From contig JAYEJI010000183.1 of assembly GCA_034660515.1 (NCBI GenBank), positions 1 to 58,519 of the forward strand: a stretch of DNA of 58,519 bases, written 5' to 3'. This stretch comes from Fidelibacterota bacterium. Lineage in GTDB: Bacteria > Fidelibacterota > Fidelibacteria > Fidelibacterales > Fidelibacteraceae. A model generated the notes under the pieces. It was not told the DNA's origin and ran no database searches. It was given only the letters and a program-made list of their open reading frames with translations. A program made the translations under genes and the position numbers. How positions within the stretch are numbered: the first letter of the stretch is position 1; each line of letters begins with the position of its first letter. Positions 36,567 to 46,872 of the stretch are shown piece by piece.

Positions 36567-38087
36567 ATGAAGCAAACAAAATATAAAACAAGAATGATAA
36601 GAATTACCCTGGGAATTTTGCTGTGTGTAACTTTATTTATGCCTGAATTGGCAGCTTATACTATCTATCCCTTTCAAGAACTTGTGTTTAATTTCGGTGC
36701 CGAAGATTCGATCTTGGTCAATAGTTTAGACAATAATGGGAACGATGCCGGTAATCAAAGCAAACCTTATGGCATGATCATTGATCCTGAAGGTAAAATG
36801 TGGCTTGGTTTCTATTCCGGTTTCAGCAATGAGATAGTTAGATCGCCCTCGAATTTGATCGAATTAACAGGATTAAGATGTTTTTTACCCAATAAAACGG
36901 AAGCTTCGTTTTCACCGATAGAAATACTGGAATTCTCTGATGGAAGTAAGGATACTCTCTATGCAGGCAATCCTTATAATGGATATTGCCGTGGTATCTC
37001 ATTGGCTGATGACGGGAATATTTTATATACGGCAGGACCAACGCTTTATAAGATCGACTACAGTGATGGTTCAGCCATTGCAAAATGGGATCCAACTATA
37101 ATCGGGAAACCATTAAGAACACATATTTCTGCCGTGCAGGACTGTAGTTATATCTACTTTGCACCTTATCCGCAATTTGAGCAATTGCATGTACTTGACG
37201 AGGACTTGAATTTTGTTTCAGCGGGAATATCCCTGACTCCAACATTACAAAATGCTATTCAGGTAAGAACAAAATCCAATGAAATTACACAGTTATTTTC
37301 GGCAACCCATAGTAACGGACAAGGCATCTTTGTTTATGAGTCATCTGATCCGGCAACAGTTCCCTTTGCCATCGTGGATACGATAGCTAATTATTCTGAA
37401 GAAACCGATACGAATATTATCACTTATTATGCTTGGGCAAACTCAATGAACTGGGTTGATAAAGAAGAAGGCATTATGATCTATGGTAATGATCATAGAG
37501 CTATGACAAGCGTAAATACAGGAAATCCACCCCCATCTTCCCATGCTGCCCGCTGGGTCGTGTTGGATGTAGATGAAGATCTGATAGTTTGTATGTTTGG
37601 TGCTCCCTGGTATGATGTGGTCAGCGGTGAGGCTATTGCCAAAGAGGTTGATGAAACCGTACCGGAAACCTATTTGGAACTAAATGCTATGGGAATGAGC
37701 CCGTCAGGAGCTGTTGTCCTGACCGAAGGAGACTATTACGGATATTTATTGACAGATAAAGGCTTGAATTGTGTACAACATGTTTCATGGCTGACAGATA
37801 TTTCCGATGAACATTATATTCCTTACAAATTAGAATTGTCTCAAAACTATCCCAATCCCTTCAATCCGAATACTAATATTCAATTTCATCTTAAAAAAGC
37901 CGAAAAAGTTGCTCTTGATATTCATGATCTTAGCGGAAAACGGGTTATGCGGGTATTCTCGGGTTATATGGAGTCGGGATTTCATAATATGAGTGTAAAT
38001 GCATCGGGTTTGGCATCAGGAACTTATATATACACACTACATACAAGTGCTTTGTCAGTCAGTAGAAAAATGACAGTACTCAAATAA
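36567..38087 (+). CDS. Beta-propeller-like surface protein with a T9SS CTD, paralog of 34889..36364
   Basis: 506 aa, colinear with the preceding gene. Shared blocks are DP.GK.W.G.Y, FSPIE.LEF.DGSKDT.Y, NGQGIFVYES.DP and YYAWA....WVD. The CTD reads LSQNYPNPFNPNTNIQF...SGTYIYTL...RKMTVLK. Confidence 0.8.
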   Translation: MKQTKYKTRMIRITLGILLCVTLFMPELAAYTIYPFQELVFNFGAEDSILVNSLDNNGNDAGNQSKPYGMIIDPEGKMWLGFYSGFSNEIVRSPSNLIELTGLRCFLPNKTEASFSPIEILEFSDGSKDTLYAGNPYNGYCRGISLADDGNILYTAGPTLYKIDYSDGSAIAKWDPTIIGKPLRTHISAVQDCSYIYFAPYPQFEQLHVLDEDLNFVSAGISLTPTLQNAIQVRTKSNEITQLFSATHSNGQGIFVYESSDPATVPFAIVDTIANYSEETDTNIITYYAWANSMNWVDKEEGIMIYGNDHRAMTSVNTGNPPPSSHAARWVVLDVDEDLIVCMFGAPWYDVVSGEAIAKEVDETVPETYLELNAMGMSPSGAVVLTEGDYYGYLLTDKGLNCVQHVSWLTDISDEHYIPYKLELSQNYPNPFNPNTNIQFHLKKAEKVALDIHDLSGKRVMRVFSGYMESGFHNMSVNASGLASGTYIYTLHTSALSVSRKMTVLK

Positions 38088-38101
38088 GGAGTCTATTAAG
38101 A

Positions 38102-39493
38102 ATGGAGAAATATGATCTTGCGGTTATCGGATCCGGTCCGGGGGGATATGTTGCGGCAATTCGTGGTGCGCAAAGAGGTTTAAAGACAGTTCTGATCGAA
38201 AAAGAACACATAGGCGGTATTTGTCTGAATTGGGGATGTATCCCGACCAAAGCCATTATCCGCTCCGTCAATGCATTGCGTGATATAAGCTCAGCCGGGG
38301 AATTGGGGATCGAGGTGGAAGCTTTTAGCGTCAATATGCCCAAGATCATTGAACGCTCCCGGACTATTGCAGAGCGTTTGACAAAAGGGGTTGCATTCTT
38401 ATTAAAAAAACAGGGTGTGACCATGATCGAAGGTCACGGTCGACTATCCGGGAACTCACAAATAGAAATTATAAAAAATGATACTTCAATTGAAAAATTG
38501 GAAGCAGACAATATTATTATTGCTACCGGAGCAAGAACAAAAGCGTTGCCACATATCCCAATTGACGGAAAAGATGTGATCTCAAGCCGCGAAGCATTGG
38601 AATTGGAGAAACTTCCGGGATCAATGGCTGTAATGGGAGCAGGAGCGATCGGGGTGGAATTCGCGTATATCTATAAACACCTTGGGGTTGATGTAACCAT
38701 TATTGAAGCTTTAGATACACTTTTACCCAATGAAGATTCTGAGATCTCGAAAGAAGTTATAAAGAATTTTAAAAAGCAGAAGATCAAAGCACTCGTTTCT
38801 ACAAAAGTCATGAAGATGGAAAGATCATCTAAAGGGATCAAACTTTCTCTGGAAGGCCCCAAAGGTGAAGACGAATTGTCAGTTGATATACTTTTATCGG
38901 CTATTGGCGTTCAAGCGAATACAGAGGATATTGGGATAGATACAGCAGGTATTGAACTTGAAAAGGGATTTATTGCGATCGATAAATACCAACAAACGAA
39001 TATTCGGGGGATCTACGCTATTGGCGATGTAGCGGGTAATCCCTGTCTTGCACACAAGGCGAGTAAGGAAGCCCTGATCGCCATTGACCATATCCGGGGC
39101 AAAGAAGTAAAGCCATTGATCAAAGATCATATACCGGGATGCACATACTGTGAACCCCAGGTTGCTTCTGTTGGCCTTCGGGAAAAAGATGCCATTGACA
39201 GGGAAATTGACTACGAAGTTTCAAAAGTTCATTATCGGGCAATAGGAAAAGCAATTGCCAGCGGACATATTGACGGATTTATGAAATTTATTGTCGAAAG
39301 CAATAGTAAAAAGATCCTTGGAGCACATTGTATTGGATCTGAAGCTACAGAATTGATCGCTGAATTGACCCTTGCGGTAACTCAAGGCTTAAGTGTCCAT
39401 CAATTGGCGGAAACCATCCATGCACATCCGACACTATCGGAATTGGTCATGGAAACGGCAGAAAACGCTCTCGGAGAAGCTATTCATGTCTGA
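38102..39493 (+). CDS. lpdA: Dihydrolipoyl dehydrogenase
   Basis: 463 aa with an FAD-binding GSGPGGY motif and the redox-active disulfide GGICLNWGCIPTK. It also has NAD-binding GAGAIGVE and the C-terminal HAHPTLSE. Confidence 0.9.
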   Translation: MEKYDLAVIGSGPGGYVAAIRGAQRGLKTVLIEKEHIGGICLNWGCIPTKAIIRSVNALRDISSAGELGIEVEAFSVNMPKIIERSRTIAERLTKGVAFLLKKQGVTMIEGHGRLSGNSQIEIIKNDTSIEKLEADNIIIATGARTKALPHIPIDGKDVISSREALELEKLPGSMAVMGAGAIGVEFAYIYKHLGVDVTIIEALDTLLPNEDSEISKEVIKNFKKQKIKALVSTKVMKMERSSKGIKLSLEGPKGEDELSVDILLSAIGVQANTEDIGIDTAGIELEKGFIAIDKYQQTNIRGIYAIGDVAGNPCLAHKASKEALIAIDHIRGKEVKPLIKDHIPGCTYCEPQVASVGLREKDAIDREIDYEVSKVHYRAIGKAIASGHIDGFMKFIVESNSKKILGAHCIGSEATELIAELTLAVTQGLSVHQLAETIHAHPTLSELVMETAENALGEAIHV

Positions 39494-39809
39494 TAAATGC
39501 TACATGTTAGTTTTTTATGTTCCTGAGGAAAATCTCGAAACGGTATTGGATGCTGTGTTCCGGGCCGGAGCCGGAAAATATAAGAATTATGATAGATGCG
39601 CATGGACCATAAGGGGAAACGGACGATTCCGCCCTCTGGAAAACAGCAACCCATATCTCGGCAGAATAAATGAAGATACAAAGGTAACGGAGATCAAGGT
39701 TGAATGCATTGTAAGAGAAGAAGATCTTCCGGCTGTGAAGAAAGCTCTTATTGATACACATCCTTATGAAGAGCCGGCCTATCAATTTATTGTGACAAAT
39801 GCCATATAG
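39486..39809 (+). CDS. Small PII-like/NIF3-cap-like protein (COG3323-type), function unknown
   Basis: The start ATG overlaps the lpdA stop (ATGTCTGA); the ORF-track start at 39393 lies inside lpdA. The protein reads MLVFYVPEENLETVLDAVF.AGAG...PYEEPAY. Confidence 0.55.
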   Translation: MSDKCYMLVFYVPEENLETVLDAVFRAGAGKYKNYDRCAWTIRGNGRFRPLENSNPYLGRINEDTKVTEIKVECIVREEDLPAVKKALIDTHPYEEPAYQFIVTNAI

Positions 39810-39869
39810 AATTGAATTGTAAGAAGAAGCGATATTGGTTATATTTAATGATATGCTAAAGTAGGTAAA

Positions 39870-40634
39870 ATGGGAAAAATAGTCGTTATAGCAAATCAAA
39901 AAGGGGGTGTTGGCAAGACCACGACCGCCATCAATCTGGCTTCATCGCTTGCAGTGATGGAAAAACGAATTCTTATTGTTGATATTGATCCGCAAGCCAA
40001 CGCATCTTCAGGTTTGGGCTTGGATATTGCAAATATTGATAAGACCATCTATGATGTTTTGCTTGAACGGGTACCCTACAAAGAGGCCATTCAGAAAACC
40101 TTTCTGGAATATCTTGATGTTTTACCCGCTAACCAGGATCTGGTTGGCGCTGAGATCGAAATGGTCAATATAATGTCCCGCGAGACCCGGCTTCGTAAGG
40201 TTCTAAAGAATTCCAAAAAAGAATATGATTTTATATTTATCGACTGTCCACCCTCATTGAACTTATTGACGGTGAACAGCTTTACTGCAGGTGACTCCGT
40301 TTTGATCCCTATTCAGTGTGAGTATTTTGCTTTAGAAGGTTTGACCCAACTGTTGAACACGATCCGTCTTATCCAGAAGAACTTGAATCCGCACTTGGAT
40401 CTTGAAGGAATTATCCTGACTATGTACGATTCCCGTTTGAATTTAAGCAAGATGGTTGAACAAGAGGTTCGTAAATATTTTGGAGATAAAGTTTATAAGA
40501 CAATTATTTCCCGTAATGTTCGTCTTGGAGAAGCTCCAAGTTACGGACAGCCCATTATTTCATTTGATATCCATTCTTCCGGAGCCATGAATTACATGAA
40601 ATTGGCTGAGGAGTTCGTCAATGGCAAAAAGTAA
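39870..40634 (+). CDS. parA: Chromosome partitioning ATPase ParA/Soj
   Basis: 254 aa with the deviant Walker A motif NQKGGVGKTT and IFIDCPPSL. Confidence 0.9.
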   Translation: MGKIVVIANQKGGVGKTTTAINLASSLAVMEKRILIVDIDPQANASSGLGLDIANIDKTIYDVLLERVPYKEAIQKTFLEYLDVLPANQDLVGAEIEMVNIMSRETRLRKVLKNSKKEYDFIFIDCPPSLNLLTVNSFTAGDSVLIPIQCEYFALEGLTQLLNTIRLIQKNLNPHLDLEGIILTMYDSRLNLSKMVEQEVRKYFGDKVYKTIISRNVRLGEAPSYGQPIISFDIHSSGAMNYMKLAEEFVNGKK

Positions 40635-41505
40635 AGCACTGGGACGCGGTCTGGAAGTTCTGATCCCTACTTTTCAGACGGGGGACAGGGAAGCACAAGA
40701 TACTCCCGTTAACGAAGTAGATATTCATAAGATAAAACCCAATCCTTATCAACCGAGACGGGAATTTGCTCTCGAAGAATTAAAGGAACTGGCTCAATCC
40801 ATTCGCGAAAGAGGCTTGATCACACCGGTCACAGTAACTGAACAAAACGGCGATTTAATCCTGGTAGCAGGCGAGCGTCGCTTACGGGCATGTAAACAAC
40901 TGGGCCATAGTACTATTCCAACGTATTTCAGAACGGTTGAAAGTGACGAAGAACTAATGGAATTGGCTCTGATCGAGAATGTTCAGAGAGAGAATTTGAA
41001 TCCCATTGAAGAAGCTTTAGCCTATCGGGCTCTGATCGAACGCTATGGACTTTCCCAGGAAATAGTCGCTGAACGTATTGGCAAGAAACGCAGTACCATT
41101 ACAAACAGTCTGCGTTTGCTGAAGCTTCCTCAAGAAATTAGAGAAAGCCTGATTGCCGATGAGATCAGTTCAGGACATGCACGGGCTATTCTAAGCGCTG
41201 AAAGTATTCCGGCAATGATCAGGGTTTGGCAGCAAGTCCTTAATAAGGGTTTAAGCGTAAGAGGAACGGAAAAGCTGACACGGAAAAGTCCTGAAGGAAC
41301 GAATAAAAATAAAAAGACAATAGAAACAATAAAAAAAGATCCGGTTGTGCTGAAACTTGAAGGTTCATTACAACAATCCCTGGGCACTAAGGTTCGTATC
41401 AAACACCGCGATCCCGGGGGGACGATAGAGGTCACATATTATTCCACAGAAGACCTTGAGCGCATTCTGGATATCGTGGAATTGGGAACCGATGAAAACA
41501 GATAA
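40621..41505 (+). CDS. parB: Chromosome partitioning protein ParB/Spo0J
   Basis: 294 aa, overlapping the parA 3' end. It has LGRGLEVLIP, the GERRLRA arginine patch and an HTH segment (SQEIVAERIGKKRSTITNSLRLL). Confidence 0.9.
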   Translation: MAKSKALGRGLEVLIPTFQTGDREAQDTPVNEVDIHKIKPNPYQPRREFALEELKELAQSIRERGLITPVTVTEQNGDLILVAGERRLRACKQLGHSTIPTYFRTVESDEELMELALIENVQRENLNPIEEALAYRALIERYGLSQEIVAERIGKKRSTITNSLRLLKLPQEIRESLIADEISSGHARAILSAESIPAMIRVWQQVLNKGLSVRGTEKLTRKSPEGTNKNKKTIETIKKDPVVLKLEGSLQQSLGTKVRIKHRDPGGTIEVTYYSTEDLERILDIVELGTDENR

Positions 41506-42241
41506 AGTTACATTTATCTATATTCCCCGAAAAAAGGGTGAACAAAAAACACTAACTCTTCATCATCGTGTTTTTACACTGGTAAAGACAGTCCTTTTGA
41601 TTTGCCTTTTATCGCTTATCCTCTCCTATCTGGTCCTGATCCCAAGAGCAAATAAATATTCTGATTATAAAGCAAAGATCAATATCTATAAAGAACAGGA
41701 AAACCAACTGCGTCAATTGCTCGAAGATGTAAATGAAATGAAGCAATTCAATACTTATATGAGAGAATTGGTTGGTTTGGACCTGATAACCGCACCAAGT
41801 GATTATACAGCTCTGGTTGAAGTAAGCAGTGGAAAAAACGATGAGAAGTTTCTCAAGGGAATACCTGAACTTGCTCCTGCAAATGGTCTGATAACTAAGA
41901 AATTCATGAGCGGTCCGCGCAAACATTACGGTATTGATATTGGAGGAAAAACAGGTGATCCTATTATGGCTTCCGCTGACGGATTGGTTGTGTTTGCCGG
42001 GTGGACTCCCGAATTGGGAAATATGGTTGTCATTTCACACCCCGATGATTATATTACCGTTTACGGGCACAACGATTACTTGAATGTTCAGGAAAGGCAG
42101 AGAGTAAAAAAAGGCGATCTCATCGCTTTATTGGGTGAAACGGGCTATAGTATGGGCCCGCATCTGCATTTCGAAATATGGCATCACGGCCTGGCACTTG
42201 ACCCCCAAACGGTCATCCCCGAGTATAAGAACAAAAATTGA
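41492..42241 (+). CDS. M23 family metallopeptidase (membrane-anchored)
   Basis: The C-terminal LytM motifs are HYGIDI, GN.VVISH, and GPHLHFEIWHHG. A TM segment follows the MKTDK start, which overlaps the parB end; the ORF-track start is 41456. Confidence 0.8.
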   Translation: MKTDKVTFIYIPRKKGEQKTLTLHHRVFTLVKTVLLICLLSLILSYLVLIPRANKYSDYKAKINIYKEQENQLRQLLEDVNEMKQFNTYMRELVGLDLITAPSDYTALVEVSSGKNDEKFLKGIPELAPANGLITKKFMSGPRKHYGIDIGGKTGDPIMASADGLVVFAGWTPELGNMVVISHPDDYITVYGHNDYLNVQERQRVKKGDLIALLGETGYSMGPHLHFEIWHHGLALDPQTVIPEYKNKN

Positions 42242-42251
42242 GGATAGTAGC

Positions 42252-42632
42252 ATGACAACAAAAGAAAAACCTACCTATACCATTATTGGTACAAATACGG
42301 TCATTGATGGCCCCGTACATGTTAATGGCGATATTATAATTGGTGGAACCATTAAAAATAATATCGATGCAAAAGGCGTAGTCCGTATACCCGAAGGTGG
42401 ATTGGTTGACGGCAATATTAAGGCCAAAGAAGTACATCTAAATGGAAAAGTAACAAAAGGTATCTACGCAGAGGACAAAATTGTTCTTGGAATAAAATCT
42501 GAATTTTCCGGTGAGCTTGTAACAAAGAAACTGATCGTCGAAGAAGGTGCTCAGATAACCGGTAAAATGCAGGTTGCGGAAAAAAGAGCAAGTAAGATCA
42601 TTGAATCAGTAAATGAATCAGAACAGGAGTAA
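42252..42632 (+). CDS. Bactofilin (polymer-forming cytoskeletal protein)
   Basis: 126 aa starting MTTKEK; the ORF-track start at 42135 lies inside the M23 gene. It shows bactofilin beta-helix periodicity (G.V.V.GD..I.G.I.G.I.A.G.V.I...G.V.G.I.A.....G.V.G). Confidence 0.75.
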   Translation: MTTKEKPTYTIIGTNTVIDGPVHVNGDIIIGGTIKNNIDAKGVVRIPEGGLVDGNIKAKEVHLNGKVTKGIYAEDKIVLGIKSEFSGELVTKKLIVEEGAQITGKMQVAEKRASKIIESVNESEQE

Positions 42633-42634
42633 TA

Positions 42635-43225
42635 ATGAACGTCAAACTTGACAGCCTGATAGAAAAAATTAAAGCTGATGGCGTTGATGCAGCTAACAAG
42701 CAGGCAGAAAAAATTGCAGCAGCCGCAAAAAAAGAAGCTGACGACATTGTGAAAAAAGCAAAAGATAAAGCGGATCAATATCAAAAGAATGCCGAATCTG
42801 AAGCAGTCAACTACCGGAAAAATGCCGAGATCGCCATACAGCAGGCTGCCCGCGATACCGTTCTTGTATTAAAAGAAAAGATCACAGCTATTCTTGAACA
42901 AGCACTGCTTACGGATATTGATAAAACAATGGATAAGGATTTCCTTAAAGACCTTATCGTAAAAGTTGCCGAAGTATGGGCAAAAGACGGTGATGTGGAA
43001 GTTCTTGTAAATGGTGTGGATGTTAATGCACTGACGGCTCAATTGAAAAGCGCACTTGCTGCAAATGTCAAGAATACGGTCGAAGTCAAATTGGACAAAA
43101 AGATCACTCACGGATTTCGTATTGGGAAAAAAGGTGACAATCTTTTCTATGATTTCACAGATGAAAGTATCCTGGAAGCCCTTCGGGTTTTTCTAAACCC
43201 GAAATTGGCAGAGATCCTTAAATAA
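42635..43225 (+). CDS. ntpE: V-type ATPase subunit E
   Basis: 196 aa with an aggag RBS. The N-terminus is a long Ala/Lys/Glu-rich helix and the C-terminus is a globular domain. It is the first gene of the V-ATPase operon. Confidence 0.7.
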   Translation: MNVKLDSLIEKIKADGVDAANKQAEKIAAAAKKEADDIVKKAKDKADQYQKNAESEAVNYRKNAEIAIQQAARDTVLVLKEKITAILEQALLTDIDKTMDKDFLKDLIVKVAEVWAKDGDVEVLVNGVDVNALTAQLKSALAANVKNTVEVKLDKKITHGFRIGKKGDNLFYDFTDESILEALRVFLNPKLAEILK

Positions 43226-43239
43226 CGAGTTATTATCTA

Positions 43240-43758
43240 ATGGATAAATACATATATTTTGCAGCTGAAATGCCCGGTTTACAATGGGGCTCAGAGCAAT
43301 TATTATCAGAACAGGACTTTCTCGAAGAAGCGAAAAAATGGATGAACGAAGCAGATTATACCGCTTTATCCGAAACGCTCGTAAATCGCTATGATGCTCA
43401 AAATTCAAAGAGGATCTACAGCGATTTTCTTCAGTTTGAAAAAGAATTAAGGACTGAATTGGCTGAGTACAGATCAGCTACAAAAGAAGGTTATGAATAT
43501 AAGTTCGTACATCTTCCCGCCCAGTTAATAAAAGATGGCAATCCCCTGGATATTGAATTAAAGCTCATGAAATATCGTTGGGATTGGTTGGGAGAACAGG
43601 AGTTCGGACATTATTCCGACCTTGACTTCTTTGTCCTCTATTATCTGAAACTACAACTCTTACAGCGAGTGGCAACATTCAAGCAGGAAGTTGGCGAGGA
43701 AGCCTTTAAGGAATTGATAAAACAAAACTTAGAAAATACAGAAGAAGCATCATTATGA
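43240..43758 (+). CDS. Hypothetical protein in the DUF2764 position of FCB/Chlamydia-type V-ATPase operons
   Basis: 172 aa with no motif I recognise. The assignment rests only on its position between subunits E and A. Confidence 0.4.
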   Translation: MDKYIYFAAEMPGLQWGSEQLLSEQDFLEEAKKWMNEADYTALSETLVNRYDAQNSKRIYSDFLQFEKELRTELAEYRSATKEGYEYKFVHLPAQLIKDGNPLDIELKLMKYRWDWLGEQEFGHYSDLDFFVLYYLKLQLLQRVATFKQEVGEEAFKELIKQNLENTEEASL

Positions 43759-43782
43759 TGACTTCGAGAGAATGGAGTTCAA

Positions 43783-45516
43783 ATGGCCAATAAAAACATA
43801 GGACATATCACAGCGATCAACGGAAATATGATCGAAGTTGCATTTGAAGATAGTGTGATCCAAAATGAAGTTGGATATGTACTTATTGACAATGAACGTT
43901 TAAAATCAGAAGTGATCAAGATCGCGAACAATACTGCATATTTACAGGTCTATGAGATCACAAAAGGCCTGAAGATCGGTGATAAGGTTGAATTTAGCGG
44001 CGAGCTGCTTTCTGTGACCTTGGGTCCTGGAATTCTATCACAGGTCTACGACGGTTTACAGAATCCGCTTCCCGCACTGGCAGAAAAACATGGTTTTTTC
44101 TTACCTCGCGGTGTGGTATTGGATGCTATTGACGCAAAGAAGAAATGGCATTTTACTCCAAGCGCAAAAACGGGTGATACCGTGTATAAAGGATCTCCGC
44201 TGGGATGGGTTCCTGAAGGTATTTTTCAACACAAGATCATGGTACCCTTTGATCTGAACGGTGAATATACGGTTGTCTCCGTCGTTAAAGAGGGCGATTA
44301 CGATCTGATAGAGACCATTGCGGTCATTAAAGATACCAAAGGACAGGAAATAAAAGTGACCATGTCATTTGAATGGCCTGTAAAGATTCCCATTACCGCA
44401 TACAATGAGAAAAAAGTACCTTCGGAACCAATGGTAACCAAAATACGTATCGTGGATACCTTTTTCCCGGTTTGTAAAGGCGGTACTTATTGTATTCCCG
44501 GTCCTTTTGGAGCCGGTAAGACAGTGCTTCAGCAGTTGACCTCCCGTTATGCCGATGTGGATATTGTGATCATCGCCGCATGTGGTGAGCGTGCCGGTGA
44601 GGTGGTGGAAACACTTCGGGAATTCCCTGAACTGAATGATCCTAAAACCGGGCGTTCTTTGATGGAAAGAACCATTATTATTTGTAATACATCTTCCATG
44701 CCTGTGGCTGCCCGTGAAGCGTCTGTTTACACAGCGACAACATTGGGAGAATACTACCGTCAGATGGGATTGGATGTTCTGATCCTTGCCGATTCAACTT
44801 CCCGTTGGGCACAGGCTATGCGTGAACTTTCTGGCCGTCTGGAAGAGATTCCCGGAGAAGAAGCTTTTCCGGCTTACCTTGAATCACGGATCGCCGAGTT
44901 CTATGAACGCGCAGGTTATGTTGAATTGCCCGATGGTTCACACGGCTCAATGACAATTGGTGGTACGGTCTCTCCGGCAGGTGGTAACTTTGAAGAACCT
45001 GTAACCCAGGCAACCCTAAAGGTTGTCGGTGCTTTCCACGGTCTTTCAAGAGCCCGTTCAGACGCCCGTAAATACCCTGCCATCGACCCGATCGATTCTT
45101 GGTCAAAATACAATGGTATTATTTCAATAGAAAAAGTACAAGCGGCACGTCATATTATTCATCGTGGAAATGATGTTCATCAGATGATGATGGTGGTGGG
45201 TGAAGAAGGTACATCCATTGATGATTTCGTTTATTACTTAAAAAGTGAATATCTGGATTCAGTTTATCTCCAACAGGATGGATTTGATCCTGAAGATGCA
45301 GTAAGTAGTCCCGAACGTCAGAAGTTCATGTTTGATAAGATCCATACGATACTTTATACTGAGTTTAATTTTGATTTAAAATCAGATGCCCGTCACTTTT
45401 TTAATGAATTACGACAAATGACCCTAGATTGGAATTATCTTACAATGGGAACGGATGAATTTGTTGCTCAGGAAAAGAAGATCGATGCACATATTCAGGA
45501 TAAGGCGAAAGCGTAA
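43783..45516 (+). CDS. ntpA: V-type ATPase catalytic subunit A
   Basis: 577 aa with a Walker A motif (GPFGAGKTV) and the non-homologous insert typical of A subunits. It also has ILADSTSRWA and PAIDP. Confidence 0.9.
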   Translation: MANKNIGHITAINGNMIEVAFEDSVIQNEVGYVLIDNERLKSEVIKIANNTAYLQVYEITKGLKIGDKVEFSGELLSVTLGPGILSQVYDGLQNPLPALAEKHGFFLPRGVVLDAIDAKKKWHFTPSAKTGDTVYKGSPLGWVPEGIFQHKIMVPFDLNGEYTVVSVVKEGDYDLIETIAVIKDTKGQEIKVTMSFEWPVKIPITAYNEKKVPSEPMVTKIRIVDTFFPVCKGGTYCIPGPFGAGKTVLQQLTSRYADVDIVIIAACGERAGEVVETLREFPELNDPKTGRSLMERTIIICNTSSMPVAAREASVYTATTLGEYYRQMGLDVLILADSTSRWAQAMRELSGRLEEIPGEEAFPAYLESRIAEFYERAGYVELPDGSHGSMTIGGTVSPAGGNFEEPVTQATLKVVGAFHGLSRARSDARKYPAIDPIDSWSKYNGIISIEKVQAARHIIHRGNDVHQMMMVVGEEGTSIDDFVYYLKSEYLDSVYLQQDGFDPEDAVSSPERQKFMFDKIHTILYTEFNFDLKSDARHFFNELRQMTLDWNYLTMGTDEFVAQEKKIDAHIQDKAKA

Positions 45517-45532
45517 AAGGAGCTGAGAATAA

Positions 45533-46828
45533 ATGAAAAAAGTATATAATAAAATATTGAGTATTGTCGGGAATGTGATCTCGGTACGCGCCGAAGGCGT
45601 CAGAAATGAAGAACTGGCTAAAGTAAAGACCCGTCGCGGTATTTCACTGGCAAAAGTTATTAAAATTGATCGCGATCTTGTCTCCTTACAAGTATTTTTC
45701 GGTAGTCGTGGTATTTCTACCGATGATGAAGTCCGTTTCCTCGGCTCTCCCATGAAAGTTTCATTCTCTAATGATATGCTGGGCCGTATTTTTGATGGTA
45801 GTGGTGCACCTCGTGATAAAGGTCCTGTTTTAAGCGAAAATCTGATCGAGATCGCCGGTCCCTCTGTGAACCCGTCAAAACGTATTATTCCAAACCAAAT
45901 GATCCGGACCAATATCCCGATGATCGATGTCTTCAATTCACTGGTCGTTTCCCAGAAATTACCGATTTTCTCCATTTCCGGAGAGCCCTATAATGAATTG
46001 CTGGCACGTATCGCCCTGCAGGCAGAGGTGGATATGATCATTTTGGGCGGTATCGGTTTGAAATTTGACGAATATATGTATTTCCGCGATGAACTGGAAA
46101 AGGGTGGTGCTTTGAGCCGCTCAATTTTCTTTATGCACACTGCAGCTGACCCGGTTGTGGAAGGTTTAATGGTTCCCGATCTTTGTTTGGCAGTAGCAGA
46201 ACAGTTCGCTTTAAAAGGTAAAAATGTCTTGGTCCTTCTAACTGATATGACCAACTTTGCCGACTCGATGAAAGAGATCGCGATCACCATGGAACAGGTT
46301 CCTTCGAATCGTGGTTATCCGGGTGACCTTTATTCTCAGCTGGCTTCCCGTTATGAAAAAGCAGTCGACTTTGAAGGTGCCGGATCTGTGACGATTTTAG
46401 CGGCAACGACCATGCCGGGTGATGATGTGACCCATCCCGTACCGGATAACACCGGTTACATCACCGAAGGCCAGTTCTATCTTCGTAATGGCCGTATCGA
46501 ACCCTTTGGTTCACTTTCACGTTTAAAACAACAGGTTAACAAAGATACCCGTGATGATCACCGTGCCATTATGGATGGTATGATCCAACTTTATGCTCAG
46601 TACCTGGAAACGGAAGAAAAACGTTCTATGGGTTTCCGCATGAGTGACTGGGACAATAAGTTGCTGAAATACGGTGGTTTTTTCGAGAAGGAAATGATGG
46701 ATCTGTCCGTGAATATTTCACTCGAAGATGCTCTGGATAATGGATGGGGTATTCTGTCGCAATGTTTCGATCCGGATGAAAGCGGTTTCCGTTCGAACTT
46801 GATCGAAAAGTACTGGCCCAAATCGTAG
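45533..46828 (+). CDS. ntpB: V-type ATPase subunit B
   Basis: 431 aa with [21 protein letters not shown]-like ([16 protein letters not shown]), and GSVTIL motifs. Confidence 0.9.
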   Translation: MKKVYNKILSIVGNVISVRAEGVRNEELAKVKTRRGISLAKVIKIDRDLVSLQVFFGSRGISTDDEVRFLGSPMKVSFSNDMLGRIFDGSGAPRDKGPVLSENLIEIAGPSVNPSKRIIPNQMIRTNIPMIDVFNSLVVSQKLPIFSISGEPYNELLARIALQAEVDMIILGGIGLKFDEYMYFRDELEKGGALSRSIFFMHTAADPVVEGLMVPDLCLAVAEQFALKGKNVLVLLTDMTNFADSMKEIAITMEQVPSNRGYPGDLYSQLASRYEKAVDFEGAGSVTILAATTMPGDDVTHPVPDNTGYITEGQFYLRNGRIEPFGSLSRLKQQVNKDTRDDHRAIMDGMIQLYAQYLETEEKRSMGFRMSDWDNKLLKYGGFFEKEMMDLSVNISLEDALDNGWGILSQCFDPDESGFRSNLIEKYWPKS

Positions 46829-46872
46829 GTTTTCAATTCACGCAGTTCCCATGGAACGTGTGAGAGGATGAT

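Noticed and set aside
45424-45975. 183-aa antisense ORF across the ntpA/ntpB junction. Similar long antisense ORFs occur at 29585..30088, 30221..30640, 31634..32131, 38080..38424, 2856..3263 and 53846..54268.
   Set aside because: Each is fully embedded antisense to a gene with strong family motifs. These shadow ORFs have no RBS and no recognisable motifs.
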